From the NCBI GenBank assembly GCA_041663165.1, contig JBAZRF010000005.1:502-64501 (forward strand): DNA of 64,000 nt, given 5' to 3'. This stretch comes from Minisyncoccota bacterium (GTDB lineage Bacteria > Patescibacteriota > Minisyncoccia > Phycocordibacterales > XYD1-FULL-46-19). Every line of letters starts with the position of its first letter. The stretch's first letter is position 1. This document shows positions 25,246-34,396 of the stretch, piece after piece. The notes under the pieces were generated by a model. The model saw only the letters and a list, made by a program, of their open reading frames with translations. It ran no database searches and was not told the origin of the DNA. The position numbers and the translations under genes are program-made.

Positions 25246-25719
25246 TTACCCGAGAGCAATATTGTAATTTAGATAAGCGGCGAAAATTACCCAGAGCAGA
25301 TAAGGGACAAGTAACCAGCCGGCACGACGATCAATCTTTTTAAAGGTTAAGGTGGTAAACAGAACAAATAACCAGAGCACCACAATCTCCATTAATGCCC
25401 AAGATGGCTTTTGTAGGTAAAAGAAAAGAACTGACCACCAGACATTAAGAATTAATTGGGCGGCAAAGAGCAGGTAGGCTAAATGGGCCAGGTGCCTTTT
25501 GGTGTTTATGGGCCTCTTCCAAACAAGATAAAGAGCGATGCCCATTAAGATAAAAAGTATTGTCCAAGCGATCGGGAAAACCCAGCTTGGCGGTGTTAAA
25601 GCTGGCCTAGTCAAGGTCTCATACCAGCCACTCTTAATTGACGGAGTAGTAAAAAGTGAACCGATAAAACCAGCGAGAAGGGGAATGGCGATGGAGATTA
25701 AAAGTTTGAGATACTTCAT
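25246..25719 (-). CDS. tspO: TspO/MBR (tryptophan-rich sensory protein) family membrane protein; start trimmed to 'MKYLKLL'.
   Basis: The protein has 5 TM segments and is Trp-rich ('PSWVFPIAWTILFILMG', 'NVWWSVLFF', 'WLLVPYLLWVIFAAYLNY'), with the typical length of about 157 aa. Confidence 0.65.
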   Translation of the reverse strand: MKYLKLLISIAIPLLAGFIGSLFTTPSIKSGWYETLTRPALTPPSWVFPIAWTILFILMGIALYLVWKRPINTKRHLAHLAYLLFAAQLILNVWWSVLFFYLQKPSWALMEIVVLWLFVLFTTLTFKKIDRRAGWLLVPYLLWVIFAAYLNYNIALG

Positions 25720-25756
25720 CTCCCTATTATAAAATGAATAGGAAAAAAAGTCTCTG

Positions 25757-25843
25757 CGGAGGCGGGAGGATTCGAACCCCCGATGCCCTTTCAGGCATAC
25801 ATGTTTTCGAAACATGCGCGTTCAACCACTCTGCCACGCCTCC
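25757..25843 (-). tRNA. tRNA-Ser (anticodon CGA), with a long variable arm.
   Basis: The reverse complement 'GGAGGCGTGGCAGAGTGGTTGAACGCGCATGTTTCGAAAACATGTATGCCTGAAAGGGCATCGGGGGTTCGAATCCTCCCGCCTCCG' has anticodon loop TTCGAAA and the variable stem-loop tatgcc-tgaaa-gggcat. Confidence 0.75.
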
Positions 25844-25933
25844 TTTCGACAAACCAAATCCTAACATTTTCTTGGCAACTTTTCAAAAAAATGATATATT
25901 GCTGGCGTCAAGTTCGGGTTCTAAAAATTTATT

Positions 25934-26005
25934 GGCCCCATCGTCTAATGGTTAGGACATCACCCTTTCACGGTGGTAATCCGGGTTCGACTCCCGGTGG
26001 GGTCA
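25934..26005 (+). tRNA. tRNA-Glu (anticodon TTC).
   Basis: 'GGCCCCATCGTCTAATGGTTAGGACATCACCCTTTCACGGTGGTAATCCGGGTTCGACTCCCGGTGGGGTCA' closely resembles bacterial tRNA-Glu(UUC). Confidence 0.8.
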
Positions 26006-26027
26006 CAAAATTCATACAATTTTAATG

Positions 26028-26060
26028 TTTATCCAGTGCTTATCCACAGGGTTATCCTTG
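26028..26060. promoter_or_regulatory. Array of three DnaA-box-like 9-mers at about 11-bp spacing (TTTATCCAG, TTATCCACA [a perfect consensus match], TTATCCTTG), directly upstream of a DnaA-like gene.
   Basis: 'tttatccagtgcttatccacagggttatccttgg' was read directly. TTATCCACA at 26040-26048 equals the E. coli DnaA-box consensus. Confidence 0.55.
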
Positions 26061-26169
26061 GTTTGGGGCTTTGATTTGACCACCATTGTGACAAAATGTA
26101 AGAGGAGAAGACCGGTGTGCGGTCTTCCTGTTCGTTGAAAGACGACAGCGTAAGCGAAACAAATATGAG

Positions 26170-27819
26170 GTGTTGATCATGGAGACCGATGCTAAGACGG
26201 TTGGTGGCGCCGATGCCACTATCGGTCTGGCTCCGGTCCAGGTCGATCATCTCGCGATTGTTCGAAGTGAGTTCAGCCGGAAAATGCACGAGCGGGTCAG
26301 AACCAATCTTGGCGATCAATCGTATGATCTCTGGATTGTCAGCGGGGGAGTAACGTTCAGTTTTTACGAGGATCAACTCTCAGAAAGACTGGCTGGAGTC
26401 GTCTATACGGCGAGTTCCTTTGCTTCTGGCTGGCTCGGTGACCCCAAAAAGGTTTATCTAGCCGCTATAACCACTGCGTTCAGAGAGCAAGAAATCTTCC
26501 ACTGGAAGTGCGTGGAGGATGGGGCACTCTGTGAAGTGGCCAAGAAAGAAGTTCTGCCGGTAAGACAGTGTTTACCGAATCTTGAGGCCGAGAAGCCCGA
26601 GCCGGTAGTAAGTAACAAGAAGGTGCCGAAGTTCTGCCCTGGCAGGCCACCTGTTATCGGAGTTAGTTTCGAAGACTTTGTCCCCGAAACCTCGGCTAAC
26701 AAAATGGCGCTGGAGGCAGCCCAGGAGCTTACCAAGAGCCGAAAAGCAGCTAGGTTTACCAGCGCGATTTTTCACGGACCTAGCGAGTCCGGAAAGAAAC
26801 ACCTGGTTCTCTCGACTCTTCGGGCGATGTTGGAGGCTTATCCAAGACTGGATGTCTTCTACTTGGATGGAGACGGGTTCGGTACCCTGTTCCCGAGTTT
26901 CTTCTGGACAGGAAAGGGTGGCCAAACTCAAGCCAACGACGCGGATCTCAAGATCTTCAAGGACCGTCTCTACGCCGCCCAAGTTCTCGTTATCCCCGAC
27001 CTTGACCTTGTTGGCCTTAGGCATGACGGGAGCAAGAGACAAATGGCTCGGGCCATAAATCTGGTTCGCCAGAATGGAGGCCGAGTCCTGATCTCTCTGC
27101 TCCAGCCGCTGCCGGAAAGTGAGGCTGAGGGTATCGACCTGTTTGGACCAGAGCTCTACCGGGTGATAAAAGAGATAAGAAATTTCCGAATGGAAAGAAT
27201 TTCTCGGGAATCTTATCCCCTAGTTGCCCAAGCGTTTCTGGCTAAGCAGTTCATCTCGGCTAAAACACCGGGAGAGAGGGCAATTGTCGATTGGATAGTG
27301 AGGAGGACAAAAAGCCTCACTGTGCTAAAGAATCGACTTGAAACCCTTGTTGAAGAGCATAACAGGAGGGCGACGGATGGCCGCCGTGTCACCCTGCCGG
27401 AGGTGCAAGAACTGTTCAAGTTCCCGCCAAACGCCGACGATCTCATTGCCCTAGTACTGGAGGTCGGGAAACTTCAGCGGAAGGTCCGTCGTGGCGAGGT
27501 CGAATATAAGCGAGTTTTAGATATCGCTTGCTACCTTGCTTCTGAAGTTGTCGGTCTCGACCGGGAGAAGGTTGCTCAGTGGTTCTATCCGGACACCATC
27601 TGGGCAAGTTGCGATGTCAGCGGTGGCCTAATGCGTATCGAGAAGCTTCTGGAGACCTCAGAGGCCCGCTTTCCTCTCGGCATTTTGGCAAGAGAACTCT
27701 TGCGCCGGTTCTCCGTTCCTGAAGGGAAAAGAGAATTCTGGGCCAGCAGGCTAAAGGAGTGGACTCTCTCTGAGTCGGGCAAGAGCAAGGGTCGTCGTCG
27801 CTGTCGAGACAAGTTTTAG
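26170..27819 (+). CDS. Divergent DnaA-like AAA+ protein (DnaA domain III and IV homolog with a non-canonical Walker A, GKK, and an unrelated N-terminal domain of about 170 aa), located in a high-GC island.
   Basis: 'SFEDFVPETSANKMALEAAQEL...FHGPSESGKKHLVLS' parallels DnaA 'TFDNFVxGxSNxLAxAAA...LFLYGGxGLGKTHLL'. 'VLVIPDLDLV' is Walker B. 'KRQMARAINLVRQNGGRVLISLLQPLPE' parallels DnaA 'KERTQEEFFHTFNAL...QIVLTSDRPP'. The C-terminal 'KRVLDIACYLASEVVGLDREKVAQWF...SGGLMRIEKLLE' parallels the DnaA domain IV HTH. Confidence 0.55.
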   Translation: MLIMETDAKTVGGADATIGLAPVQVDHLAIVRSEFSRKMHERVRTNLGDQSYDLWIVSGGVTFSFYEDQLSERLAGVVYTASSFASGWLGDPKKVYLAAITTAFREQEIFHWKCVEDGALCEVAKKEVLPVRQCLPNLEAEKPEPVVSNKKVPKFCPGRPPVIGVSFEDFVPETSANKMALEAAQELTKSRKAARFTSAIFHGPSESGKKHLVLSTLRAMLEAYPRLDVFYLDGDGFGTLFPSFFWTGKGGQTQANDADLKIFKDRLYAAQVLVIPDLDLVGLRHDGSKRQMARAINLVRQNGGRVLISLLQPLPESEAEGIDLFGPELYRVIKEIRNFRMERISRESYPLVAQAFLAKQFISAKTPGERAIVDWIVRRTKSLTVLKNRLETLVEEHNRRATDGRRVTLPEVQELFKFPPNADDLIALVLEVGKLQRKVRRGEVEYKRVLDIACYLASEVVGLDREKVAQWFYPDTIWASCDVSGGLMRIEKLLETSEARFPLGILARELLRRFSVPEGKREFWASRLKEWTLSESGKSKGRRRCRDKF

Positions 27820-27958
27820 TCAGGGCCCCCGGAGTACACTGTCCGCGGGCCCTTTCGCATTTTTATAATTTTTAGAAATAAAAGTTTCCCCAAACCAAAA
27901 GCCCCTTGTCGGGGCTTTTGGGCCTACTGCTTACCACTAATCAACGTGCCTTTAGCAA

Positions 27959-28900
27959 TTACATGGCCGGCGTGGTAAACGAGTAGGTCGTGGAGGTAGC
28001 TGTTCCTCCTCCGGCGTTGGTCGAGGTCACGACATAATAATAAGTCGTGTTGGGGATTAGACCGGATAAGGTTCCCAGATGGAAGAAGGCCGGCACCACG
28101 TCACTGGCCGCTGGAGTTCCGGCCGTGCTAACCGGTGTTGTGGTTGAGAGCCACAATTTCCCATCAGCTAACTGGTCGGTAACGAGAATCACTATCGCGC
28201 TGGTACTAGACACGTTGAAAGCGCTAGTGAAGAGGATGGCTGGTGGCGGGGAAATTACCGGCGGGGTACTTGTTCCGGTAGCCGTAGTGGTAAACGATAC
28301 AACCGAGGATGTTGCCGTTTTGTCGGCACTGCTTGCTCGAACGGTCAGATAATAGGTGGTACTAGGGATGAGACCGGTCAAGGCCAAACTATGAGTAGTT
28401 GTTGTGGCGGTCGGGTCAATTATCACCGTCCCTCCGTTCGTGGCCAACTGAGTGGTGGTGCCAAACATCACGTTGCCGGTTGTTGGTAAATTGGTTAACC
28501 AACTGATACTGGCCGAGGTCGAGGCGACGGAAGAGAAATTGATACTAGAGATTGACAAGATCGCCTGACCACCGCCATGTTCAGCTTCATTTTCGTGTTC
28601 ATCTTCTCTCTCTCCGTATCCGGTTTGTTCGTTTTGATTCTTGCCGTGATCGTCATCGTCTTCTTTCTTGCTACCAGAGTTGTCACTATTCTGATTTTGC
28701 TGACCATGATCATCTTGGGTTGCCGGTGTGGCCACTACTTGATGTTGATCTTGTCTTCTTTCGGCTTGATCTCTTCCAGACGGCTCTCGGCCACCGCCAT
28801 CCTCGGCGAGAGCCAAAGCGCCAGGCACGGCGAGCACCAACGCTAAAGCGATCGAGAAAGGGACGAGTTTACTATGCCATTTAATCAATAATCTTTTCAT
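27959..28900 (-). CDS. Secreted protein with an acidic/His-rich linker and two FN3/PKD-like beta-sandwich repeats (high GC).
   Basis: A signal peptide is at 'MKRLLIKWHSKLVPFSIALALVLAVPGALA'. The 'GLIP(S/N)TTYY' repeat occurs twice, which is typical of FN3-like domains. Regional GC is about 57%. Confidence 0.4.
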   Translation of the reverse strand: MKRLLIKWHSKLVPFSIALALVLAVPGALALAEDGGGREPSGRDQAERRQDQHQVVATPATQDDHGQQNQNSDNSGSKKEDDDDHGKNQNEQTGYGEREDEHENEAEHGGGQAILSISSINFSSVASTSASISWLTNLPTTGNVMFGTTTQLATNGGTVIIDPTATTTTHSLALTGLIPSTTYYLTVRASSADKTATSSVVSFTTTATGTSTPPVISPPPAILFTSAFNVSSTSAIVILVTDQLADGKLWLSTTTPVSTAGTPAASDVVPAFFHLGTLSGLIPNTTYYYVVTSTNAGGGTATSTTYSFTTPAM

Positions 28901-29061
28901 AAGATTTTTTAAGTTAAGTTAATCGACTAAACATCAATGGCGACTAATTTACTCAACTAGCGACGACCAGAGACTCATTTGGCGGGGATTTATTGGCTTT
29001 TCCGCCAACGGCCCGCTAGGTAGGTTGTAGGTTTATAACTACGATTTGGTCCCAAATTCTG

Positions 29062-29883
29062 GTGCAAAGCCCGGATGTTTGTTATAGTTTTCTTATGATA
29101 ATTTGGATTGCGCTAGCCACTTTTTGCTCAACACTTTTGGGCGGACTTTTTGCTTTGCGGTTTCGGGATAAGTTGCACTTGATTCTCGGCTTCTCGGCCG
29201 GGGCGGTGATTGGCGTCGCTTTTTTTGATTTATTGCCCGAAGCGATTAATTTGGGGCAAGGACTTTATGATGTTTCTTTTGTTACTGGCATTGTCGCACT
29301 CGGTTTTATTGTCTACATGACTCTTGACCGTTTGATTTTATTTCATCCGCCGGCCGACGAGGATTGTCTCGACTGTCATAACGAGCACCACCAATTAGGA
29401 AGTTGGCCCCAAGGCCTTTGGCGGGGTAAACTAGGCGCTGGCACCTTGGCCGTGCACAGTTTTCTCGACGGCTTGGCAATTGGCCTGGCCTTCCAAGTTT
29501 CATCGGCCGTCGGCGTGATTGTGGCGGTCGCGGTTTTAACTCATGATTTTTCTGACGGCATTAACACGGTTGGTTTGATTTTAAAAACCGGGCACTCTGC
29601 GGTGCCCGGCCAGACCGATCCAGACAAGAAACGCCAAGCGTTTAGCTGGCTTTTGATAGATGCCATTGCGCCGGTGCTGGGTGTTTTGGCCACTTTATTT
29701 TTTACTCTCTCCGAAACTTCCCTCGGCCTCATCCTGGCCGTTTTTTGCGGCTTCTTCCTCTATATCGGCGCCTCCGAATTGCTCCCTGAGAGTCATCACG
29801 GCCACTCCACGCGCTTGACTACCCTAATGACGATTCTCGGCGCCTTGGTGCTATATCTGGCGGTTAAACTGGCCGGGGTCTAA
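29062..29883 (+). CDS. zupT: ZIP-family zinc/metal transporter (ZupT-like).
   Basis: 'HNEHHQ', 'HSFLDGLAIGLAF', 'HDFSDG' and 'HHGHS' are ZIP signature His/Asp-rich TM motifs. Confidence 0.75.
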   Translation: MQSPDVCYSFLMIIWIALATFCSTLLGGLFALRFRDKLHLILGFSAGAVIGVAFFDLLPEAINLGQGLYDVSFVTGIVALGFIVYMTLDRLILFHPPADEDCLDCHNEHHQLGSWPQGLWRGKLGAGTLAVHSFLDGLAIGLAFQVSSAVGVIVAVAVLTHDFSDGINTVGLILKTGHSAVPGQTDPDKKRQAFSWLLIDAIAPVLGVLATLFFTLSETSLGLILAVFCGFFLYIGASELLPESHHGHSTRLTTLMTILGALVLYLAVKLAGV

Positions 29884-29884
29884 A

Positions 29885-30832
29885 TTATTTCCTCTGCAAA
29901 AAGTTATAGATATCTTCAACGGCGTTGGCGGCATCGCCGGCGGCGATATTGTTTTGACGATAGAGAACATCGGTGCAGTCGCCGGCTGACCAGATTCCTT
30001 CTTGCGAGGTGGTCTGGCGAAGGTGGTCAACAACGATTTCACCTCTTTCATTTAATTTAACGATGTCTTTAAAAATAGCGGTATTGGCGACAAAACCAAT
30101 CTCAACAAAAATACCGGTCACGGGCAATTCAATCGGCTCACCGGTGGCTAAACCTTGTTCATCTTTGTTTTTGTAAACTAAACTTTTGACAAATCCGCCA
30201 GCTGGCGGAGCGCCTTTAATCTCAACCAGCTCAACATTTTTAAATGCTTTGAATTTTGGGTTTTGCAAAAGTTTGTCAATCGTGATTTGTTCGGCACGAA
30301 AGGCGGGCATGGTTTCAAGTAGGGTGACACTATTGCAATAAGCAAGGAGTTGGCCAGCCGAATTGAAACCGGCATTACCGCCGCCAATCACCGCCACATC
30401 TTGACCAGAGAAGATTGGGCCATCGCAGGAGGCGCAGTAAGTAACGCCTTTTTGTTCGAAAACGTCAGCGCCCGGCACGGTTAATTTTCGTCTGACAGCG
30501 CCGGCGGTAATAAGGACAGTTTTAGCTTTGTATTCGTCTTTGTCAGTTTTTACCACAAAGCCGTTGCTTTCCTTGGTCAGCCCGGTTACTTGCTCGGGAA
30601 CCTTAATTGTTAAATCGGGTCCTTCATAAGAACGCAAATGTAGCTCAAGTTTTTTGGCCAGGTCAATGCCGGAGATATTTTGCTCGCCGATCCAATTTTG
30701 AATTTCGGGTGAGACCGAAGATTGGCCGGCTAATTCTTGAGCGATAAGTAAAGTTTTTAATTTTTTTCTAGCAGCATAAACGCCCGCCGATACGCCGGCT
30801 GGTCCGCCACCAATAATGATTAGGTCGTACAT
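29885..30832 (-). CDS. trxB: Thioredoxin-disulfide reductase; start trimmed to 'MYDLIIIGGGPAG'.
   Basis: The FAD motif 'IIIGGGPAG', the redox-active 'CASCDG', and 'GQDVAVIGGGNAG' (NADPH site) are present. Confidence 0.8.
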   Translation of the reverse strand: MYDLIIIGGGPAGVSAGVYAARKKLKTLLIAQELAGQSSVSPEIQNWIGEQNISGIDLAKKLELHLRSYEGPDLTIKVPEQVTGLTKESNGFVVKTDKDEYKAKTVLITAGAVRRKLTVPGADVFEQKGVTYCASCDGPIFSGQDVAVIGGGNAGFNSAGQLLAYCNSVTLLETMPAFRAEQITIDKLLQNPKFKAFKNVELVEIKGAPPAGGFVKSLVYKNKDEQGLATGEPIELPVTGIFVEIGFVANTAIFKDIVKLNERGEIVVDHLRQTTSQEGIWSAGDCTDVLYRQNNIAAGDAANAVEDIYNFLQRK

Positions 30833-30854
30833 AGCTACATTATAGCACACCTGT

Positions 30855-32066
30855 CTACTTAGTTTTCGAACGGCGAAGAAAAGCGGGGATTGACGACCAA
30901 TCGTCATCTTCGAAATTTTCATCCTTTTTGTCTTTAGTCAGGTTGCTCAAACCATTTCCATTTCCGATCGTCGTTTTTGTTTCAAGTTCTTTACCTAGCT
31001 TGTTTTCTTCAATTTCAGTTTTGATTTTAGCGGACTCTTCTTTAGCGGGCATTTCTTTTTTGGGTTCGATTGAATCAATTATTTTAAAATCATCCCGCGA
31101 CTTTTTGCCGTCGCTCGAGAAACCGCAGGCGATAACGGTGATCTTAACCTCATTCTTCTTCATCTTGTCATCTTTAATTGTGCCAAAGATAACCTTGGCC
31201 TCTGGGTCGATTGATTCGGTAATGATTTTGGCCGCTTCTTGAAGTTCGAAGAGGGTTACGTCTTCACCGCCGGCCACCGTAAAGAGAATGCCCTTGGCGC
31301 CGTTGATTGAGACATCAAGCAGTGGGGAACTGATCGCCATTTTGGCGGCCTCAACGGCACGATTTTCACCCGAGGCGACACCCACGCCCATGAGAGCAGA
31401 GCCGGAGTTTTGCATAATGGTACGGATATCGGCGAAGTCAGCATTGATTTTGCCGGGCATGGTGATGGTATTGGAGATACCCTCAACTGCCTGTTTTAGA
31501 ATTTCATCACACATGGCAAAGGCCGAAGTGCAGGTGGTATCGTGACTGATTAGTGTTAAGAGGCGGTCATTGGGAATGGTAATAATTGCATCCACTTCTT
31601 TTTTGACTTCCTCGATACCTTTTTCGGCGATGGCTTTGCGTTGTTTGCCTTCAAAATAAAATGGGCGAGTGACGACACCAATGGTTAGGGCGCCCAAGTC
31701 CTTGGCAATTTTTGCCACCACTGGCGCCGCGCCGGTGCCGGTACCGCCGCCCAAACCGCAAGAAATAAAAACCATATCAGCGCCCTTCAAAACGTTTTGA
31801 ATGTCCTCCAAACTTTCTTCAGCCGCTTGCCGGCCGAGGTCGGGATTCATGCCGGTACCGAGACCGCGGGTTAAACTTTTACCAATATGGATTTTTTTGC
31901 TAGCTCGCGAGTTTTGGAGATGTTGAGCATCGGTATTCATGGCGATAAATTCAACGCCTTGAACTTTAGCTTCAACCATGTGAGTAATCGCGTTGGTGCC
32001 CGAACCGCCGACGCCGACGACTTTGATGCGGGCAAATGATTCAATTTCAGGGTTTATTTTAGGCAT
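30855..32066 (-). CDS. ftsZ: Cell division GTPase FtsZ; start trimmed to '[21 protein letters not shown]'.
   Basis: '[10 protein letters not shown]', the tubulin signature '[15 protein letters not shown]', and 'NVDFADV'-like '[11 protein letters not shown]' are seen. Confidence 0.9.
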   Translation of the reverse strand: MPKINPEIESFARIKVVGVGGSGTNAITHMVEAKVQGVEFIAMNTDAQHLQNSRASKKIHIGKSLTRGLGTGMNPDLGRQAAEESLEDIQNVLKGADMVFISCGLGGGTGTGAAPVVAKIAKDLGALTIGVVTRPFYFEGKQRKAIAEKGIEEVKKEVDAIITIPNDRLLTLISHDTTCTSAFAMCDEILKQAVEGISNTITMPGKINADFADIRTIMQNSGSALMGVGVASGENRAVEAAKMAISSPLLDVSINGAKGILFTVAGGEDVTLFELQEAAKIITESIDPEAKVIFGTIKDDKMKKNEVKITVIACGFSSDGKKSRDDFKIIDSIEPKKEMPAKEESAKIKTEIEENKLGKELETKTTIGNGNGLSNLTKDKKDENFEDDDWSSIPAFLRRSKTK

Positions 32067-32125
32067 AAAAAATAATTGGGGTCTTAATTTCCCCCATCTT
32101 AGCAAACCGCTTAAAAAAGGCAAAT

Positions 32126-33292
32126 TTAGGGCATCAGTTCTTTAATCCAGCTCCAAATTTTGCTTCGGGTGTCCTTAATGAGCCTTAAACCGAATGATTC
32201 TTCCCCCCCATCTTCGAGGCTATAAACACATAAACCATAGGAAACTGACCAAGCGGCATCGCGAATCTGACTCTTAGAGTTCGAGGCGATAGCCGATACC
32301 GCCACTTTCGCTGGGAGTTTAAAATAATTTTTAGCGAGCTCTTCAATATTTGGGATACTTGATCCGCCGCCAGTGATAACTAAACCGGCCGGAAGTAAGC
32401 CATTGCGGCCAAGTTTTTTAAGATGGGTTTCGATGAATTCAAAAATGTCAGACAAACGAGCCTCGATAATTTCATCCAATTTCTTTTTGGTGCCGACCGG
32501 TTCGCCTTCTCCCCGTTTGATTTTTTCAGCTTCTTCAATTGGGATACGAAAACCGAGGGCGATGTCGTTGGTAATATCCATTGACCCGATGGGAAAGACT
32601 TGAATTGAGACCGGGACACCCTCTTCAAAAACGGCAATCGAGGTAGTTTGCGAGCCGATATTAACCAAGACGCTGCCGGCCATTTTTTGGAGTTTGGACA
32701 TTATCACCAAACTGGCCGAGAGAGGAGCGGCAATGACATCCTCGACCATTAAACCGGCATCCTCAATCACTTTAATAAGATCTTTGAGGTGCTGGCTAAG
32801 GCAAGTGATAAAAAGAGTTCGAGCTTCGAGTTTTCCGCCGTGCATGCCTTCAGGATGGCCAAGCACTTTTTCCCCATCAATTTTGAAGGAAATAGGAATA
32901 CGATGAAGAATGTGTCGGTTGATCATGTCGGGCAAGTTGGCCTGACTAGCCTCAATGGTACGATTAACGTCAGCTTCAGAAATTTCGGTGTCTGGCCGAG
33001 CGGTCAAAACACTACCCTCCGTTACCCTTGAATCGAGTGAGACTCCCCCCATCCCCAGGAAAATTTTGCGGATTCGTAACTTCAAGCTTCGTTCGGCGTC
33101 GGCAACAGTGGCGCGAATTGCTTCGGTTGCTTCATCTGGGTTAATAACATAACCGCGACGCAAACCGCGAGCTGGTTTTTTAACCAAGGCCAAAACTTGC
33201 GGAGTACTATCCCCGGTTTTAATTTCGCAGACGACGAGCCGCACCCACGCGGTTCCCACGTCCAATCCCGCGATGATTTGTCGATTGGCCAT
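32126..33292 (-). CDS. ftsA: Cell division protein FtsA.
   Basis: The actin-like ATPase motifs 'IIAGLDVGTAWVRLVV' and 'VITGGGSSIPNIEELA' are present, and the gene lies directly upstream of ftsZ. Confidence 0.85.
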   Translation of the reverse strand: MANRQIIAGLDVGTAWVRLVVCEIKTGDSTPQVLALVKKPARGLRRGYVINPDEATEAIRATVADAERSLKLRIRKIFLGMGGVSLDSRVTEGSVLTARPDTEISEADVNRTIEASQANLPDMINRHILHRIPISFKIDGEKVLGHPEGMHGGKLEARTLFITCLSQHLKDLIKVIEDAGLMVEDVIAAPLSASLVIMSKLQKMAGSVLVNIGSQTTSIAVFEEGVPVSIQVFPIGSMDITNDIALGFRIPIEEAEKIKRGEGEPVGTKKKLDEIIEARLSDIFEFIETHLKKLGRNGLLPAGLVITGGGSSIPNIEELAKNYFKLPAKVAVSAIASNSKSQIRDAAWSVSYGLCVYSLEDGGEESFGLRLIKDTRSKIWSWIKELMP

Positions 33293-33635
33293 TCTTTTTT
33301 AACGAAGACAAAAACCTTTTCTCTTCAGTCTCCATTTTACTACCATGAGTGAATCCTGCCAAATGCAATAGGCCGTGGATAAACAAATGGTCAACAGCAA
33401 AGTCGGTAATCGGTAATTTTATAAAAATTTCGCCCGAAGTTTTAGTGAGTGGAAATGATAAAATATTAGCGATTTTGTCTTTGTTCCGCCTCTCTTTGTT
33501 TAGTCTGTGAGTTAGGGTTTCACCGCAAAAGACCAAGCTCAAATCATATTTTGATCCGAGGATTTTTTCGGACAATTTTGCAAAAGGCCCGCTCGGGGCC
33601 GGCCTTTTGGTTAAATTAACGATAGCTAGGGGCAT
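33219..33635 (-). CDS. ybeY: Endoribonuclease YbeY (rRNA maturation factor).
   Basis: 'HLFIHGLLHLAGFTH' is the H3xH5xH Zn-binding motif. The 3' end of the ORF overlaps the ftsA start by about 74 nt. Confidence 0.65.
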   Translation of the reverse strand: MPLAIVNLTKRPAPSGPFAKLSEKILGSKYDLSLVFCGETLTHRLNKERRNKDKIANILSFPLTKTSGEIFIKLPITDFAVDHLFIHGLLHLAGFTHGSKMETEEKRFLSSLKKNGQSTNHRGIGRGNRVGAARRLRN

Positions 33636-33864
33636 CTTTGATTTTGCCGAGTTTCTTCAGTCGTTCATAGGCGGTTCGTTTAGTCATTCGTTTGAGCGCT
33701 TCATTTTTGCGCTTGAGGGCCGATTTGGGTCGTTCGTTATAGCGAGCACTGCGAGTCTTTTTAATTAAACCAGCGCCGGAGACGCGCTTCGAAAATCGGC
33801 GCATCACGCTCATGTTGGTTTCGGAGGCACCTTTAACTACCTCAATCGTGCTGTTTTTGGTCAT
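33616..33864 (-). CDS. rpsU: 30S ribosomal protein S21; start trimmed to 'MTKNSTIEV'.
   Basis: 'RRFSKRVSGAGLIKKTRSARYNERPKSALKRKNEALKR' matches the S21 pattern. Confidence 0.65.
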   Translation of the reverse strand: MTKNSTIEVVKGASETNMSVMRRFSKRVSGAGLIKKTRSARYNERPKSALKRKNEALKRMTKRTAYERLKKLGKIKDAPSYR

Positions 33865-33994
33865 GACAAGAGGATAACATTTTTCTCTAAAAATGGCAAA
33901 CCTCACCCTCTCCCCGCCAGACCTCAAGTGAGCTCGAGGTCTGGCGGGTTAGCGATTTGTATGCTAGTAATTAAACTAGACACTAGACAAATCT

Positions 33995-34396
33995 TTGAAG
34001 GGAGGTGAATCGAAAATGAAGACCGTTACTCTTCATGGTTCCAGCGGGGAAGTTCTGGCTCCGTTCGGCGAGCCGGGGACATTCATCAGGGGTAAACGCC
34101 AGGCAGTACGGATCATTGGAGTTGGCCCTGACGAGGAGACACCTCTCGAAGTCCGGGAAGCCCTTGTCGGAAAGGTGGTTGATGCCATCCTTACCCAAAA
34201 ACAAGTCATCGAGCAGGGAGGTTCGGCATTTGCGGATGTCTTGCCCGAAGGATGCCTTCTGGCATATGCGCAAGAGGTGATCGAGTTACTGGAAACATGC
34301 CATGAGTTATCGGCTGCCGAGGCACTGCGGAACATTGCCGGCGCCGACCTGGACATGTATATCCTCGAACGAGAGATTTACGAAGTTATCCCTTGA
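33995..34396 (+). CDS. Hypothetical protein (high GC; gene status uncertain).
   Basis: A 133-aa ORF in a region of about 58% GC; several overlapping ORFs occur on both strands here. Confidence 0.2.
   Translation: MKGGESKMKTVTLHGSSGEVLAPFGEPGTFIRGKRQAVRIIGVGPDEETPLEVREALVGKVVDAILTQKQVIEQGGSAFADVLPEGCLLAYAQEVIELLETCHELSAAEALRNIAGADLDMYILEREIYEVIP

Noticed and set aside
26029-26376. A 115-aa ORF (-) overlapping the DnaA-box array and the start of the DnaA-like gene.
   Set aside because: It is antisense to the 5' end of a well-supported 549-aa gene and has no motif. It is most likely a shadow ORF created by the high-GC coding strand.
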